Shown: positions 1-14,726 of the stretch, in pieces
Layout of the letters: each line of letters opens with the position of its first letter
Numbering within the stretch: position 1 is the stretch's first letter
NCBI GenBank assembly: GCA_012295275.1
Contig: CM022665.1
Span: 42,780,001 to 42,844,000, forward strand
DNA: 64,000 nt
Reading direction: 5' to 3'
From: Chrysomallon squamiferum
Taxonomy: Eukaryota > Animalia > Mollusca
Notes under the pieces: generated by a model
Told to the model about the DNA's origin: nothing
Seen by the model: the letters and a program-made list of their open reading frames with translations, nothing else
Database searches by the model: none
Program-made: the position numbers and the translations under genes

Positions 1-864
1 GAAATGAACTTAGAAGTCATTGCTGCCACACAAACGATGCAGTCACAGCTGGGATGCTAAATGATATGTCATGCTTGTATTCCACAGCTCTGAGTAAAAC
101 AGACTTTGCTCCTAACAGGAAAATATAGTCAGTTTCCTCTTTGCATTAATAATGTTATAATTACTAATGTTTTACACCAAACAGCCAGAAACAGAAAATT
201 AATCATTATACTCAAGCAGTACAAGTAGCGACGTATTGTGATAAAAAAAGAAGAAAAGAAATGTTTTCTTTAAAAAGTATAAATAAATAAAAACAATACA
301 TATATATATAAAAAAATTAAGAAGGAAAAAGAGAAAAGGAAATATAAAAAAAGTAATATTACTCAGTGATAATATTTTTAACTACATCTTGCCATTAATC
401 ACAATCTTTACATTTCACAATCTCCACATTTTCTGTTCAAAAATAACCAAAGCAAACACGTTCAAGAAGGAAATTACGTAACACAATGCAAACACAATGA
501 CCGAAGACAGAGACAGATGAAAGCTATTTACTAATACTGGAAAGCAATGACCAAACAGACTGTAACACAATCGTTCCACACAATCTCAGTGTTCATACAT
601 CAACCGATCTCTGTGTTCATACATCAACCGAACTCTCTGAATTAAAACAGAAGCCAGATGAGAGTACCAGCTGCCTGGCTTGATCACTGCAATGGCTTCC
701 TTCATTTTACTTTCTATTTCTTTTGGTGTCGAGCAATTAAGAAAGAACATTTTGTTTTTGTTTTTTCAAATTAGGTTAATCGTTATAAAATGTAAGGCAA
801 TTTAAATTACTTTTAAGAGAACTTTGTTCTGAGAAACGCGAGTCTCAAGATCATTTCTATTCAA

Positions 865-1016
865 TTGAGTCCATTAAAGCCCATTTCCCATTCCAATAAG
901 TACTCTGTAACTGGTTATCCAGATTATACACAGTCTGCATTTTCTTTTCTAAAGATGCAAAAGATGCCTTGCTGCAAAAGTCCTTGGAATGGCAGCAAGG
1001 TTTCCTTTTGATATCT
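865..1016 (+). mobile_element. Highly degenerate SINE fragment
   Basis: gtccatt...atttcccattcca...aactggttat...aaaagatgccttgctgc...ggcagcaaggtttcct follows the same motif order as the other copies. Confidence 0.45.
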
Positions 1017-2685
1017 TTTTTATTTATATATATATATAAAACAGATATTATTACATGTTAATATTTCACCTTAATGTCATTAACTAATGTTAACTGATTT
1101 GTTTCTCTATTAGTTTTAATCTTAATAAATAAAATAAAATTAAATAATAAATAAATAATAACAACATAAAAAAAAAAAAAAAAAAAAAATGAAACGAAAC
1201 AAAAGATTAATGCTTACTAACAACAAACGTGCAGTATAATTAATAAAAGGTACTTTACACTTAATTCAAGTGGTCTGGATTTTTGAGAGGACACACAGAC
1301 ACGTCTTGGCAAGCAAGTTATTTACGACAGGAAGACAACACTCCCAAGGCTGTTGAAGAAATAACTTGACAAATCACACAGTGCAGACTCTCACTGCGTG
1401 CTAACTTAGCTCCACTGTATTCTACTTGACAAAATAGGAAACAAAGCAAACATAAAAAAAAAAAATGTTCATGGTCATTAGTGTTTTGTTTTATTTTCAG
1501 TTTTTCTCTTTGGGGAAGCTGTTCGTAATTAATGAATGGTTTTATTTATTTAGTTATTTTCCATTTTCATTTTTATTCTATTTTATGATAGGCAGATGTT
1601 TTTAGAATATGATAAATAATTTTTTTTTTTTAAATCTTTTAATATTTATTATCATTAGAAAATGAGGATGATGATGATGATGATAGTTATAATAATAGTA
1701 GTAAAAACAATATATCAATAAAATTAAGAAAAATAACTAGAGTAATAATTGTAATAACAATAATAATAAAGTAAATAAACTAATTAATATAATAATAGTA
1801 ATAAATAATAATAATAATAATAAAGTACATTAATTAATTAAATAATAATAATAATAATAATAATGGAAACAGATAAACAAATAACAAATTATCCCCAGTA
1901 TCAAAACGCATTCACCAATATATCACAAGAAGGAATGCAAGTGTTACGTAACTCAGTAAACTGTTGCACACACACACACCCTCTACCAAATATAACACCA
2001 GCCTGTCCTTAACAACTGGAGCAAGTCAATGAACCTTCCTGGTTTCAATCAGGCTGTTTACAAATACCAACATGTCTTATTGCCTGCCATTGGATGACCT
2101 CTAATAAGTCCAGACTTACACCAGGCCAGGATTCCAGTAAACATATATTATACCCCAAAACCCCAAATACACTGAATCTGGTTCCTGTTTTTATACTGCC
2201 ATGACCTTTTGGGTGGTTCAGTGTTATACTGCAAAAAAAACATTTCAAGGAATAATTTGTAACCAGTCTGTGGAAATAAAAGGAACTGTGATACGGCTAT
2301 GTTAATGGAGTTAATTATGTAGATTTGTTATTGACCGACCTATCTCTCTCCATGTGTGGGAGTTCTTTTGTGTTGTGTGGACAAAGTTCAGATTGTCAGG
2401 GTCTTTGTAGAGGTGATCTTTAAACTTGTGTTAACAAAACAATAGGATTTTAATCCAAAGGAAGATTTTTTTTTTTTTTTAAATTGGTTTTTTTATTTTC
2501 CCAAATGTCCTTCACACTTTGTGTACACAGACAGGTGTGTTTGTGTTTGTGAAAATAAAGAGTAGTGCAGTGTAGATTATTGTCATGTTTTTCCAAAACC
2601 AGTGTAGCCATTAATATATTAATCACATGACCAGAATATTATAAATTATCATATGCTAACAAATAATAAAAACAGTAAGTTCGCG

Positions 2686-2724
<39 letters not shown>

Positions 2725-3038
2725 ATGTATATATTTTGTGTGTGTGTGTATAAATGTGTATGCAGAGAGAGAGAGAGAGAGAGAGAGATTACACACACAC
2801 ACCCAAGTACCAGCAGGAATCTCCATTAATAGTCAGTCATTGTCATTTACTTTACAGTATCAAATTTACAGTGTGTAGCAGCCTATTTGCAATAATACTG
2901 TTAGAACACTGAGACTGAAAAGAGGACATTACACTCAGCCAAATACAAATAGATTTTTGTATGTAGACTAATTTAAAACATTTAATGACTAACTGTAAGC
3001 ATTACTGTTGGCAGATGGCAGCACAGGAACTCAGTGGA

Positions 3039-3039
<1 letters not shown>

Positions 3040-3076
<37 letters not shown>

Positions 3077-3092
3077 GTGCAGAGTGTCAGTA

Positions 3093-3139
<47 letters not shown>

Positions 3140-3183
3140 GTGCAGAGTGTCAGTATATGTGTGATTATGTTAGTGTCAGTTTG

Positions 3184-3220
<37 letters not shown>
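3040..3220 (+). repeat. (GT)n blocks separated by duplicated AAGTGCAGAGTGTCAGTAT
   Basis: Direct inspection. Confidence 0.88.
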
Positions 3221-3533
3221 AAGGATGTAGGTATATATATATATCTGTTTGAGTGGATTTGTTAGTTACATTTGTCTGATTACAACTGTCATTAATTTAA
3301 CTAAATATTTTTTCTCTTTATTTATTTATTTATTTATTTAGTTTTTCTCTCATGGTTTATTACACATTAACACTTCATGGCGATAAGATAAACATCAAAT
3401 GTAGCATTTGGTTAGTAACAAAAAAAAAATGTTTTAAAAATAACATGTTTCACTTTGAGAACATCCAGACATTAATTAAAACATGAAAACTGTAAACAAG
3501 GAGCAGCACATCAAAACATGATAAAATGTTTAA

Positions 3534-3564
<31 letters not shown>

Positions 3565-4094
3565 GAAAGAAAAGTAAAAATAGGCTTTAACATTTCTATA
3601 TAGCTGAATTAATAATAAACAAGAGATGACAAATAACAAATCATTAAAATATTATATACATACATATAAAAGACTGACTGACACAGGGAAAAAAAGGGTT
3701 AAAAAAGGGTAAAAACCCAGTGTCATTAATATGTCATTTTTAACTTTTTAGATCATTAATTGCTCAGACATAAGGTTCAATTCTTTATATTCAGAAATAT
3801 CAAAATCTGAATCAAGACACCTATTCTCAGACCAGCTTCACAACAAGCTAAACCTTGAAATGTCTTTGTGTGTTTATCTAGCCTACCGGTCGGTCGTTCA
3901 CCTAGTCTCTAGTTTGTGTGAACAGGTTACTTAGACTGCTTCCAGCATGGTTTATACACACTACCAGTCCAGAGTAGACACAGTTCTCTTTATCTTACAT
4001 GCTGCAGAATCTCAACAGGTTATTGACAGTATATAAAGTGCCAAGTGTTTGTGTACTTACTTATTCTGACCGCCTATACAGATATAGTCTTGTA

Positions 4095-4132
<38 letters not shown>

Positions 4133-4240
4133 TATGTGTGTGTGTGTGTGTATGTGTGTGTGTGTGTGTGCTTACTATTACCTCCACCATTGCTGCTATA
4201 AATTCCACCTCTATGTAATATATATTTATACAGAATTAAT

Positions 4241-4278
<38 letters not shown>

Positions 4279-4490
4279 TATGTGTGTGTATATGCTGCTA
4301 TTAATTCCACCTCTATGTAATATATATTCATAAAGAATTAATATAGTGTGTGTGTGTGTGTGTGTGTGTGCTTACTACTACCTCCACCATTGCTGCTATA
4401 CATTCCACCTCTATGTAATACATATTCATAAAGAATTAATATAGTGTGTGTGTGTGTGTGTGTCAACTATTATCTCCACCACTGCTGCCA
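4095..4490 (+). repeat. Compound repeat: (TG)n plus unique spacer, amplified ~3x
   Basis: tgctgcta..attccacctctatgtaata.atatt.ata.agaattaatata followed by (TG)n occurs three times. Confidence 0.88.
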
Positions 4491-4679
4491 TTACTGCTGC
4501 TACTACAACAATGATTTCTGTTAACTATTTCTATCACCTTTATACTACTGTTACCAAAGACTATCACAACAATAACTATTATTTCTACTGTCAACAGAAA
4601 TACTTTCACCAGTTTGTGAAATTATATAAAAAAACATTAATTAATGTTAATGTATTAAAATTTATTTCTCAAATTTGTA

Positions 4680-4762
4680 AATAAATAAATGAAAAAATGA
4701 ATAAATAAATAAATAAGTTTATTTCTCAGATTATAAATAAACAAAATAAATGAATGAATGAA

Positions 4763-4825
<63 letters not shown>

Positions 4826-4845
4826 ATGAATAAATAAATAAACCA
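4680..4845 (+). repeat. (AAAT)n microsatellite
   Basis: Direct inspection; one of many (AAAT)n, (AAT)n, (AC)n, (AT)n and poly(A/T) tracts across the window. Confidence 0.95.
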
Positions 4846-5534
4846 ACCACTAAACAAAAAAAACACACAATTATTCATTTATTTGTATTTGTTTAACTCA
4901 AAACAACAATAATAAAAGAAATAAATGTATATTCATCACAGCCAGGCTAGTGTACCACACACACACAGACACAGACACCTCCTCTGATTCCAGATATTGC
5001 TATCATTACGTTTGGCCTTGAGTTAAAAAAGAAAAAACTGAAGAAGGAATCTGTGAGATAAGAGGAGCCTGGATGAAGGAATGTGTTCCTTCCTGTGAAC
5101 ATGCTAACTCCCTGTGGAAATGATAACACTTGATGTGGGACATTCACAAGTGAACCAAGGGTATGAAAAAAAAAAAGGAAAAAGAAGATTTGAATAACTG
5201 ACAAAATAATTATACCTCCATCATTTCAAATAAAGGATACCTTCAACATAACACTGACCCTCCTACCCCAATTTAATACACACCCTGCTACAATCTTCTT
5301 TTCAACAACATTTTCTTATTTTTATTTAGTTCCTGCAGTCAGATCCTAAATGTCAGTTTTATCATCTATAAAACAATCTGTAAAATAATTTTTAAACTGA
5401 ACTCCATTTTGTTTTTTAACAGTTCCCTCAATAAAGTGACCAAATGAGTAAATTTATCATTTATGTATGTTATAAGTTTATAATAATTTTATTTCTGTCA
5501 TCATTGTTACAGTTATTATTAAAAAAATTTTTAC

Positions 5535-5586
<52 letters not shown>

Positions 5587-6469
5587 TTGTTATACATATT
5601 TATTTATTTATTAATTTTAAACTTTTTCTTCCTTTCTTTAAACACACACACACACACACATGCATACACATTCTTTTTTATATATTTTTATTATTATTAT
5701 ATATAATTTTTATTTTTATTTATTTATTATTATTTTTATTTTTTATTTTTTGATACTAACAACAGAAGGAACTGGAACATCTAGAGATTATAAGGAAATT
5801 AAACATTTTCTGTATTTTTGGACATTTTTGAAACACTCTGACACAAACCAAATTATGTTACTGTGTGCCCAAGACTGGCATTCTTGAACCTCCAGCTGAT
5901 ATGAACACATTTCAAAAAGATTAACTGATCATCTCTGACAATAAAATCACGTACAGTTCTACGTATTTATCTGATGACAAAACTGATTCAATTGATAAAC
6001 CTCTGTTTTCCAAAACAATTCTCTTAACAAAGGTGATTACCAGTTTATTTAAAGCACTAATTTTTTTTAAAAACCAGAATGGTTGATTCAGATTAGATGT
6101 CAGCATTATCTACATTTACCACTGGAACATTTTAAATGCTGTTAAGTCATAGCAAACACAATTAATTAAGGTCCTGGATCATTATGCTATTGATTATTGC
6201 TGTTTTTCCATTTGCACTTATTTATCAAGTTAAGACCAACAACAACAGAGTTCTCAATATTGCAGTAAATTAGTCGTGGTGTATCACAAACACCTTAATT
6301 AATAGGTTAAAAATAAATTAATGGGATCTTCATGTTGTAAAAACACAGTGGCAGGCTAACAAATGTAAATTCTTCAATGGTCAGATTTCTTTTCAGGTTG
6401 TTATTGAGCTTGTCAATGCTTTCATGTCAGGTGAAAACAATCAGTGAAAAGAAAACACAAAAAAAAGAG

Positions 6470-6570
6470 TTAATGTTTACAAAAACAACAAAACAACTAG
6501 TTAATATTTACAAAAACAACTAAATAACTAGTTAATATTTACAAAAACAACAAAACAACTAGTTAACATT
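6470..6570 (+). repeat. 31-bp tandem repeat, ~3 copies
   Basis: GTTAATATTTACAAAAACAACAAAACAACTA. Confidence 0.85.
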
Positions 6571-7829
6571 TGGAATACTATACATACATACATACAAAAA
6601 GAGTTAAATAAAATAAAAATGTAGCTTATAAAGAATTGTTTTAATAAAAATGCTTAAAATAAACTGCTTCATCATTTTATTTTCAAAAAAGGTGACATTT
6701 GAATATGATAGATATTTTTATAAATCTTAGATTGATACAGAGCACCCACAGAATTAATGGTATATGGAATTGCAAGCATGGTGTCAGTGGTATCTTATCT
6801 GTAATAGGATCCAAGTCTATAACATGATTCTACTGGATCATAAATGTAAATATGATGTCTGTGAGGTCCATAACAGTAGAGTTTAGCATGTATACTGTTC
6901 AAAATAAATAAAAACACCTTTACTGAGTAGTGTTTTTGACTTCCTTCACATTTCTACACAGTCAGTATTGCTTTTAAGGCTACCTGTGTATGAAAAAAAA
7001 TATATTAAAAGGCTAATTAATTAGTAAATTCTGTTTATTGCATATGCTCTCTATTGAAAAATAAATATTCACAGAATTTGTTTTTGTTATTCTGGTGGAA
7101 TAATAAACCAACTAAGAGATTAAATATAAATAATGTTTTTTGAATTTTACATCTTAGTTTAGATTTGTTTGTTTATTTGTATTATATTATTCCATATCAA
7201 ATTCAACAAAAATTTCAAATTAAAATCTGTATATTTAATTATAAAAAGTATTTCTCATGACAGTTTGAAAAGTATATTATATATAACATCTCTGTGTCTG
7301 TTCTTATCTCTAGCAGATAAACCAAAAACAACAAAAAATTTAAATAAGTTATTTCTCCTTAATGAAGGGAGTTTAAAGGGATCATTATAAAAACTGACAC
7401 AATTTTTAGCTTTTATTATGAACTGTAATTGCCAATTTGACCTTTATGTATTTCTGTTTTATTGCCAAACTTAATTCAGATGACTTGTATATCAAGTGCA
7501 ACTGCCTTCAGGGACTGAACATGATTTGCAATAAACAGCAAGGCGTTTACTTCACAAAAATTAGTTTAAAACACTTCAGTTTTCTTCTGCATGAACTAAT
7601 GACAAATATTAAATTAAATTAATTTTTTCAGTTTTTTTAAAAGCAGGTGATCCGTACATATCTAAGTAAGTAAAACAAAATTGCTTCTGACACCATCAAA
7701 TAACAGTTCATAATGAGCTGCTGGATATCAAACACAAAATATTCATTAGAAAACTGCAAAGCTTTATATTTTTATTTTATTAATTATGTGTCTCTTCTCA
7801 AAGGGGGGAACTAGCTATGAAATACTAGT

Positions 7830-7915
7830 CAGAACGGGAAATAGATCAAAAGGAACAAAAACAGGGATAGATCCAGTTGCCTCTGGCCAGTTTTCTAACC
7901 ATTAACCTACAATCG
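7830..7915 (-). mobile_element. Degenerate SINE head fragment
   Basis: gaacgggaaatagatcaaa...gggatagatcc...ctaaccattaacctac. Confidence 0.35.
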
Positions 7916-9696
7916 ACTTCAAAAGAAAAACAAACATACTCATGAGACACAGACTTCTCAAGCTGGTATCTTATCAAACAGCCAGACGTATCTCAACTTA
8001 CATTTATTTTACATTCTCATGTCCCGTTTAAATTTATCCTTATGAATAGCATGTTATCTCTTACTGGAGCTGCAGTGGACAAATTGGTTCCGAGACTGAA
8101 GAAAGACTCTTTATGTGCTTTATCTGCTTTGGTAAATTTTGAAATATTGCATAATGCTGTAAGTTATGTGTGTGTGTGTTGTTGCTAATCTGTGAGGGAA
8201 GTGCATGTTAGATATTTCAAATTGCTCCTTGTTTGAAATAAAATGTTCACACACACACACACACACACAAAAACACATAAACCCACTCACACACACACTT
8301 TCACATATACAAATGAATTAAACCAAAATGTGTGTGTTTGTGTGTTTATGTCAAAATAAATAAATAAATAAATAAACCTTAATGCTCCCAGGAAAAAATG
8401 TTTAAAAAAAAAAAAATTTAAAATTTTTTTATTCTGTTACTGAATGTACTGAAACAGCATGCAGTAATCTTCAACATTTATTCAAGTCTTTAATGTTAAA
8501 TCTGATGGACAAATAAAAAGATAATTCGTTTTCACTGAAGGATTTTTTCATTAGAGTTTTTATATCAACTGTGGAAAATAAAAGCTTTTAATTCAGTTTT
8601 TAAGTCAGAAAAAAATGAGATATATCTGGTTAATCCTTAATTTATTTTTATATGGTGAAAAATATATGTCAAACATTTCCAGTTGGTCTAATGAATTATT
8701 TATTCTTGAATAGAGTGCTCTGCTGAATGACTGTAAATTTGTTAACCTGCCTAATTATTTCAACTGGCTAAAAGCAGTTCATGAAGAGGCACAATTCAGA
8801 CATGTCTCCATGACAACAAACAAATACCATACACTTTTAGAATCTAACATCCTGGTGCTAAATTTGGTATTTTTTTTTTTGTTGGTTTTTTTTAAAAGCT
8901 TAAAACAAAATTAATTCCACTGTGTTTTTAACTGTTTGCAACAGAAAGGATTGCCATTCTATCACTACTTTGTTTAAAAAAAAAAAATTCAGAAAATTTT
9001 CATTTCTTTATTTAGAACAGCAGCATACCATTAATTGTCTGGTGTGTATTTTTCTTTTCTTTTCTTTTTTTTTTTCTTTACATATATATATATTATATAT
9101 ATATATATAAAAATGATATTTCATAATTTTAAGTGGGAAGCATGATATTTCAAAGTATGTTTTGTTTTTGTTTTTGTTTTTTATTATTATTTTTATTAAT
9201 AACTGTTTTTTTTTTGGTTTTTTAAATTTTAAATGTTTATTTAATTTATTTATTTTATCTATTTAGTTACATTTTATTCATTTACCCAGTTATTTTTCTA
9301 TTTTGCCTTATGTTTTCATTTATCTATCTATCAATTTATTATTATTATTATTTACTATTTGTTGTTGTTTTTTCTTCTTTAAAGAAAGTATCATTTTCTT
9401 TCATGAAAAAAACTCCAGGAACCACAACAAAAAACTGGAACACAAAAATTACTGTTCAGTATAACTATAAATTCCATCATGAATGCAAATTACATTTCTG
9501 AACAAAGAACTACTGAATTATTCATAACTCATCTGTTAATGTTTTGTATTTTTCTTTTCTTTTCTCAATTACATAATGACACAATGCAAATAAATGTACT
9601 TAATGACACTTTTTCATAATACCTATTATTAACTGTTACAGTTTTGTATTGCCAAATGCCAGCAGGAAACACATATATTTTTTTATTTGCTCTCAC

Positions 9697-9775
9697 CTTA
9701 GATATGATGGCATTGATTGAATAACACAGTTTATATTGTTTGGCATATTTTGGTTTGAATGGTCATTAGACATCA
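9697..9775 (-). CDS. Candidate next exon (bHLH-to-PAS linker), (V)MSNDHSNQNMPNNINCVIQSMPSYL
   Basis: Acceptor ggttattacag|T, strong donor AAG|gtgaga; 79 nt open in phase 1, as required after the bHLH exon. No homology support beyond a terminal YL. Confidence 0.3.
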
Positions 9776-10367
9776 CTGTAATAACCACAATCAGTTCTGA
9801 TTATCTGCATAGCTCTTCATGTTTTTCTTTTTTTAACATATACTGGTACCATCTGTGTAAAGACATACTAATTCTGACTACCTATAAGGTTTTATTACTT
9901 ATTTATTTATTTATTTTTTTATTATTATTATTATTTTTATTTTTTTTTTTATAATACCCAGTTTCTCTATATACACAACAACTCGAAATGAACAATTTAA
10001 TATTTAATAACTCACATTACGAACCACTCTTACACAACTCAAATTACAGGTTTTGCGTTTCGAGCTTGAGTTACCGATTACTGGCAAGAGATATGCTTTT
10101 ATTTCCTTTTTATTGTGCAGACATGCAGATATAGAAATAGTATATGACAATACATCTATTTTTATAAGCCATGTCATAAAATGACTTTGCTGTTTTATTT
10201 TTCCATCTAAAATATTTGTCCTTCTTACATTAAGACGTCTCACCTTTCAGTTTGATAAAATCAGTTTATTTTATAGCAATAGAATTTAAAAAAAAAAAAA
10301 ATTAATTTATTGTTGTTGTTATTTTCAGGTGCTCTGATAAAATCGTTTGAGATATGGGTCAGAGTTT

Positions 10368-10401
<34 letters not shown>

Positions 10402-11440
10402 AGATAAAAAACAAAACAAAAAGAGACATGGCCTTGGTTGTCTGAGATATGAGAAATGAGGTAAGATAACAGAATAGCTCAGTACATGCTAACATTTTAC
10501 CAGAAGATAAAACATATACATACAGACACACACACACACAGACACAAAGTAATTAAACAAATGTGTGTGTGTGTGCATGTTTATGTGTATAAATATGTAT
10601 ATGTATATATCTACATACACATATATGTGAGTATATATGTATGTATGTATGTATGTACATTAAAATAAATAACTAATGAACAAATTAAATCCTTGGATCA
10701 GTTGCTAAACACCATTTAGTCATCTTTATTTTAATCTTTATTTAAAGTTGAAGGATAAATCTGAACTTTAAAAAAATAGCATGTACACAATATACGTCTT
10801 CAACAACCTGAAATCAAATTAAAACTAAATACCTAGGTTCATTTAATCTCAGTCAGTTTAACTGAAGTGATTTCATTTATTTGTTATTGAGATTGCTTTT
10901 TGGAAGACTCCAAAGTCACACACACACAGACTGCTTGATGCTTGTCTGATATTCAACACACCAAATGTTGCAGAGATTCGACTAAATTACTGTTTATAAT
11001 ATATTCTTCTCAAAAACTTTACACTGGTTTCAAGTAAAACGACAATGGAAATTTATAACAGAGCTTTATAATCATTTATTCCAGTCAAGGATTATGTTTT
11101 AATGCACTTGAAAACACCCAATGTAACTCTTATATGACTCATAATTTCCACCAGCACCTTTTTTCTTTTTTTTTTCATTGTACATTTTTCATTGCATGTT
11201 TTGTCCCAGTCAAGGTAATTTTTACAATCAGTACTCCAAGATAACCAGTCAGCTGCCATATTTCTTATGGCTGTTCTCATTCAGTGATGGATGCATGGTT
11301 TGTTGTTATTGATTTCTGGATAGACATCATTCATGAAGTACGGAATATAACAGTTAAATATCAACAGCTGGTAATATGGAACATTGTCCTCCAAGGTCAC
11401 AGTGTCCAACTTCACAACTGAGTGTTTGACAGCATAAAGC

Positions 11441-12240
11441 ACAACATTTTTCAACATGGAAGATTATGATGGCATATACAACAACATTTTTCAACATGGA
11501 AGATTATGATGGCATATACAACAACATTTTTCAACATGGAAGATTATGATGGCATATACAACAACATTTTTCAACATGGAAGATTATGATGGCATATACA
11601 ACAACATTTTTCAACATGGAAGATTATTGTGGCATATACAACAACATTTTTCAACATGGAAGATTATGGTGGCATATACAACAACATTTTTCAACATGGA
11701 AGATTATGATGGCATATACAACAATATTTTTCAACATGGAAGATTATGATGGCATATACAACAATATTTTTCAACATGGAAGATTATGATGGCATATACA
11801 ACAACATTTTTCAACATGGAAGACTATGATGGCATATACAACAATATTTTTCAACATGGAAGATTATGATGGCATATACAACAATATTTTTTAACATGGA
11901 AGACTATGATGGCATATACAACAACATTTTTCAACATGGAAGATTATGATGGCATATACAACAACATTTTTCAACATGGAAGATTATGATGGCATATACA
12001 ACAATATTTTTCAACATGGAAGATTATTATGGCATACACAACAATATTTTTTACCATGGGATATTATTACAGGATACACTGCAGTATTTTTCAGCATGTA
12101 ATAATATGACAGTATATATCACAATATTTTTAACATGGAATAATATGACAGTATATATCACAACATTTTTAACATGGAATAACATGACAGCATATACCAC
12201 TACATTTTTCAACATGGATAATTCTGACAGCATGTAACAC
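11441..12240 (+). repeat. 40-bp minisatellite: ~15 near-identical copies, then ~5 degenerate 39-40 bp copies
   Basis: Unit ACAACATTTTTCAACATGGAAGATTATGATGGCATATACA. Confidence 0.97.
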
Positions 12241-13764
12241 AACCTTTGACACAGGACTGGAAACTTTATCTCAAGTGTATTTAATACTTATCATGCCTCC
12301 AACCAACGTCCCAAGCTTATAGTATTACACTAAATACACAAGCACTGTTCTGTTCACAGTCAAATATAAGCAGAAGAGTACAACAAATAAAAAAAAATTC
12401 AAAAGGAAGAGGAAACTGAACAATGGACTCTACTGTTTACTCCTCCAACAAACGTTTTTATCTCATCTTCATATTAAATGTTTTATTACAAATAAATATT
12501 AATAGACCTGACTCAGCGATCAGCACAGCACATACCGTAACATTTAAAACAGGAAATGGAAAGAAAAATATTCATATCAGATTATGTCATGCCTTGATCA
12601 AATACTTGGCAAGCTAGCTCAGCTCCACTTTAAAGTATGTGACACACATGTCTGTACAGGTTAAATAAACTCCTATGATTGATTTAACAGTCAGATACCA
12701 GGTAATTCACGTGACACTGATTTACAGATATGTTGTAACAAAACTTTACCTGATAATTCAGTTATATTTATTTCCAACTGAGAGGTTTTTTTTTATATAT
12801 ATATTGTTTAAATGATATAAACCATATAAATAGTTGTGGATAAAGTGCAGATCAAACAAAACATATAAAATAATACTAAGAAGAAGAAGAAGAAAAACAA
12901 GAAGATGAAGAAGAAAAGGAAAGAAAAACCAATTTTTAATTTTTTTTTTTTTTTTGTTATTTATTTATTATTTTTCATACCTCAAAATATTTTTATATTA
13001 ATACCAATATATTTTTTTTTTTTTTTTTTCCTTTTTGGTCAAGCATTGTTTACAATTATAATGATGATTTCCAAAGTGGAAATCCAGAGTCACCACTGCA
13101 CATGGAATTATTTTTATTAGCCAGGAACGTTTTATATGCATTTTACCATATTCATTAAAGCAAATGATAAGCTTTTGACAAAACCAGCTGACTGGCTGAA
13201 CAGGAAACATCTCTACAGGAGCTCGGAGAAAAACTGATCCTGCAGTATACAGCATTTAAGACAAGAAAAAAAAATTAATTAATAAATATAAAAAATTTAA
13301 AAAATAAAAAATAATATTAAAAAAATAAATAAATAAATAAATACATTTTTTTTAAAAAAATTTTCATTCAGTTGGATATTTTAATTTCAGTATGTCACAC
13401 ATTTTGTGTGATACAGTTTATACCAAACAGCTCTGCAAGACGATATTACACATTTATTTTATTTCACAGACACACACACAGCAGCACATACTGTAAGATC
13501 TAAAACAGGAAGAGGAAATAAGGTGAAGTCAAGACCTGTGCTTACAGCAATTGCCCCAAACTTGATTCTTGTCAGTTACAGTACAGGACCTATTTTATTA
13601 CACAAAAAACCCCACTGAAGTTAAGCAGAGATGATCAGTCATTTGTGTGGGTTCACTGTGCTATGACATTCAAGGCTACGCTGTTCAGAAACTGAGAATA
13701 CACAGCTCTTCTGACTGATAAGGTCAAAGATCTGTAGGTCAATGGGTCTCACAGTCTACTTGAT

Positions 13765-14265
13765 CTTCCTTGCATGCAGAAGTTTTAACAAGTGATTAAA
13801 CACTAACATGATTTAACAGGTCTCATTAGATATTTTATAATCTTTGATATGCATGCAGAATTCACATGTTTTAACAAATCTCTTAATATACTTTATAATC
13901 CTTGACATGTATTCAGAACTGTTAACTAGAGGTTAAATAGTAACATGATTTAACAGGTCTCATAATATACTTTATCATCCTTGACATGAATACAGAATTC
14001 TTAAATAATGGTTAAAATTTAACATGATTTAACAGATTTCATAATATATTTTATAATTCTTGCCATACATACAGGATTCTTAAGTAGTGGTTTAATAGTA
14101 ACATGTTTTAACAGATTTCATAATATACTTTATAATCGTGGACATGCACAGAACTCTTAACTAGAGGTTAAACATGATTTAACAGGTTCTGCAATATACT
14201 TTATCATCTGTTGCATGCATGCAAAACTGTTAACTAGTGGTTATGTATTAACATCTTTTAACAGA
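13765..14265 (+). repeat. Old degenerate ~80-bp tandem repeat, ~6-7 copies
   Basis: Recurring ccttgacatg..cagaa..ttaactag.ggttaaa..taacatgatttaacaggtctcataatatactttat. Confidence 0.85.
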
Positions 14266-14726
14266 ACACAGGTAAAGATTATAATTAGTATAATATCACA
14301 GTACACAATTATCAGTGGAGATGCTATTTAACAGGTGTAAAATGCACTCAGTTCTTTGTTCAGCTGGTAACTGAAGAAGGGATACATGAACCAAGAACCA
14401 TGATACCTTTGACAATGACCTTCACAATGTAGTCTGCATAAGTGAGATAAATGATAGTGAAATAATTTCCTAGAATATCACCAATGATGATGAAGTTACA
14501 AGCAGAATGATCTGTGATGTAAATTATAATTTATATATATGAATTTCCTGGAATGAAACAAGTGATTAAATGATAATTTCACATGTTCCTTATTAAAATT
14601 CAATATTAACATGAATGTCGATGGAGTTTTGGCAGGTTCCTTTTTAACAAATTCTCACTGAAGCTGCATTATTCCTTTACATAAAGGTTAAAAAAAAAAA
14701 AAAAAAAGTAAATAAAATAGTCTTAC

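Noticed and set aside
3031-4846. VCVC, HTHT and YLFI ORFs here and throughout the window
   Set aside because: Translations of (GT)n, (AC)n, (ATTT)n and poly(T) tracts.
11441-12060. Regular repeat array superficially like CRISPR
   Set aside because: Head-to-tail units with no unique spacers, in a eukaryotic intron with no cas genes. The same applies to the 52-, 60- and 39-bp arrays.
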